Origin: Balanoglossus misakiensis
Lineage: Eukaryota; Animalia; Hemichordata
DNA: 64,000 nucleotides
NCBI GenBank assembly: GCA_040954595.2
Contig: CM082585.2
Span: 8,567,649 to 8,631,648, forward strand
Reading direction: 5' to 3'
Below, one piece after another: positions 62,529-64,000 of this stretch; within the stretch, counting starts at the first letter, position 1, and each line of letters begins with the position of its first letter. The position numbers and the translations under genes are program-made. Under the pieces are notes generated by a model. That model was given only the letters and a program-made list of their open reading frames with translations. It was not told the DNA's origin and searched no databases.

Positions 62529-64000
62529 TTCTCCGTTGTACCTACACGGAGTTACTGTCAACTACAGCTTCTGTACACTTGCTCCCTTCTATTTTTCGTG
62601 AATCAGGAGAACTGTTTTAAAACAGAACTACCTCTCTCAACTGTCGAAGAGCTCTTTTAACATATGTCCACCTGACAAATAGTTCGGCAAATTTAAAGAG
62701 TAACCACGATCCGTCCTTTCGCATTGATTATGTAAATTGTCTGAGATCTCGTCGGAGGACCGACCGCCGCCGCCAGCATTTGTTGCGACAGACAGCCTTC
62801 TCCGCACCTTTTTTTCGTCGCTTTTATAAAACACACATCAGTCACGTTATATCTCTATGAGATTACTTCAGGCGCGCATTGATATTCCCCCAACAATTTT
62901 ACCATTAAATGGAGGAGGGGGGGGGGTGAAATCAGACAGGTAACAGAAGTATGTCATTGGTGAAGTTTTTTTAAATTAAAAAGTTCAATGTCTGGCAGTA
63001 TCAGGTCTGCTTGTTGGGCTCCTCATATAAATCGTCCCTATCATAAAACGCTATAGTTTTCTAACTTTGTACAGGACAAACGCAAGGTTACACTGTATTT
63101 GGATAATCGTCATCAATACATATTGAATATAATGTTACAATTATAAGTGTTTCCTGACGATCCGCTGAACATGACAGCTTATGATTGACGTTGACACGTC
63201 ACAGTTTCCTTGACGACCGTGTAAAATATGCAGACAACATGCCAGAAGGTGGAGGCAAAAACACTGTTTCTCACACAATGCATTTTGTTTTCAGTAATAG
63301 TTTGTTGCAGGCGGTTTGTAGCATACATATCTGAAAGTACCGCATGTACCATTCTGGCATTCAATCCAAAACGTGATTGTCCAACTTGCTATGTCGGTGT
63401 ATATCGCCCGCAGCATGTCGGTGAAGACAAAAGGATCTTGGTGAATACAGTTTGGAGCAACGACAGTGAATAGCACACAGGAACAGAACAAATATCATTT
63501 TGCTGGACTACTAAAGATACGCGAATGTTGTTCCTGCGTATTCTCGCGCCTTTGCGGTGAATCTTTGATTTTTTTTTCATGTTGAATGAATGTTTGCGAA
63601 CATTTGCAATGTGTCTCTGCTGTCAATATTGCGAATCGCAGCTGCGTTGTGGAGCGGTGTAACCCATTTCTTAATTGCCGTTTATGTTATGAATGACCAT
63701 TCTTAGAAAAAGAATGTAGATGTCGTGCAATACCTCGTCCAATGCATCTGAACTGTAATATATTTTCAGATATTGGCAAATCCAAATTTCTATATTCTGA
63801 TTCATTCATCCGCACATGAGTGACATGTAACAATCGCCGTGTTGTAATGTTAAAGGGACAAAATCTCCTTCTCTCGCTGATTTTACACTGCTTGCCACTG
63901 AGCTTGCCACTGGGTTCAAAATGGCGGCTGGTTCATATCGCGTGCGGTCAGATGTAAATTCAATCTTATCGTATTAAAAGGGCAAAAACACAGTACGAGG

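Noticed and set aside
59302-62660. Antisense and alternate-frame ORFs over the two GPCRs
   Set aside because: Shadow ORFs of GC-rich coding sequence.

Overview
AT-rich animal genomic DNA with spliceosomal introns and GC-rich exons. A marine invertebrate deuterostome (hemichordate-like) is my inference from the gene and repeat content, not a demonstrated fact. All supported genes lie on the minus strand. The window holds the 5' part of unc-80 (NALCN channelosome subunit): coding exon 1 at 38638-38732, exon 2 at 38260-38308, a 33.3-kb intron, and one very large 2548-bp exon at 2388-4935, with the gene continuing beyond position 1. It also holds an orphan hydrophobic ORF with internal ~27-29-aa repeats (43164-44078), a partly resolved multi-exon single-pass membrane protein gene (~55458-56214), two tandem single-exon rhodopsin-class GPCRs (58914-59990 and 61410-62528), and several MITE-like elements and short duplications. 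The most notable item is an intronless CDS at 46418-48253 encoding a type II membrane protein. It fuses a GT61 (DUF563) glycosyltransferase-like domain to a C-terminal domain with the motif order of plant DUF579 (GXM/IRX15) polysaccharide O-methyltransferases, making it a candidate animal 'add-and-methylate' glycan-modifying enzyme, possibly of horizontal origin. A second notable signal is repeated, often paired RFX X-box palindromes across the unc-80 intron and upstream region. All homology calls rest on remembered motifs; no searches were run.
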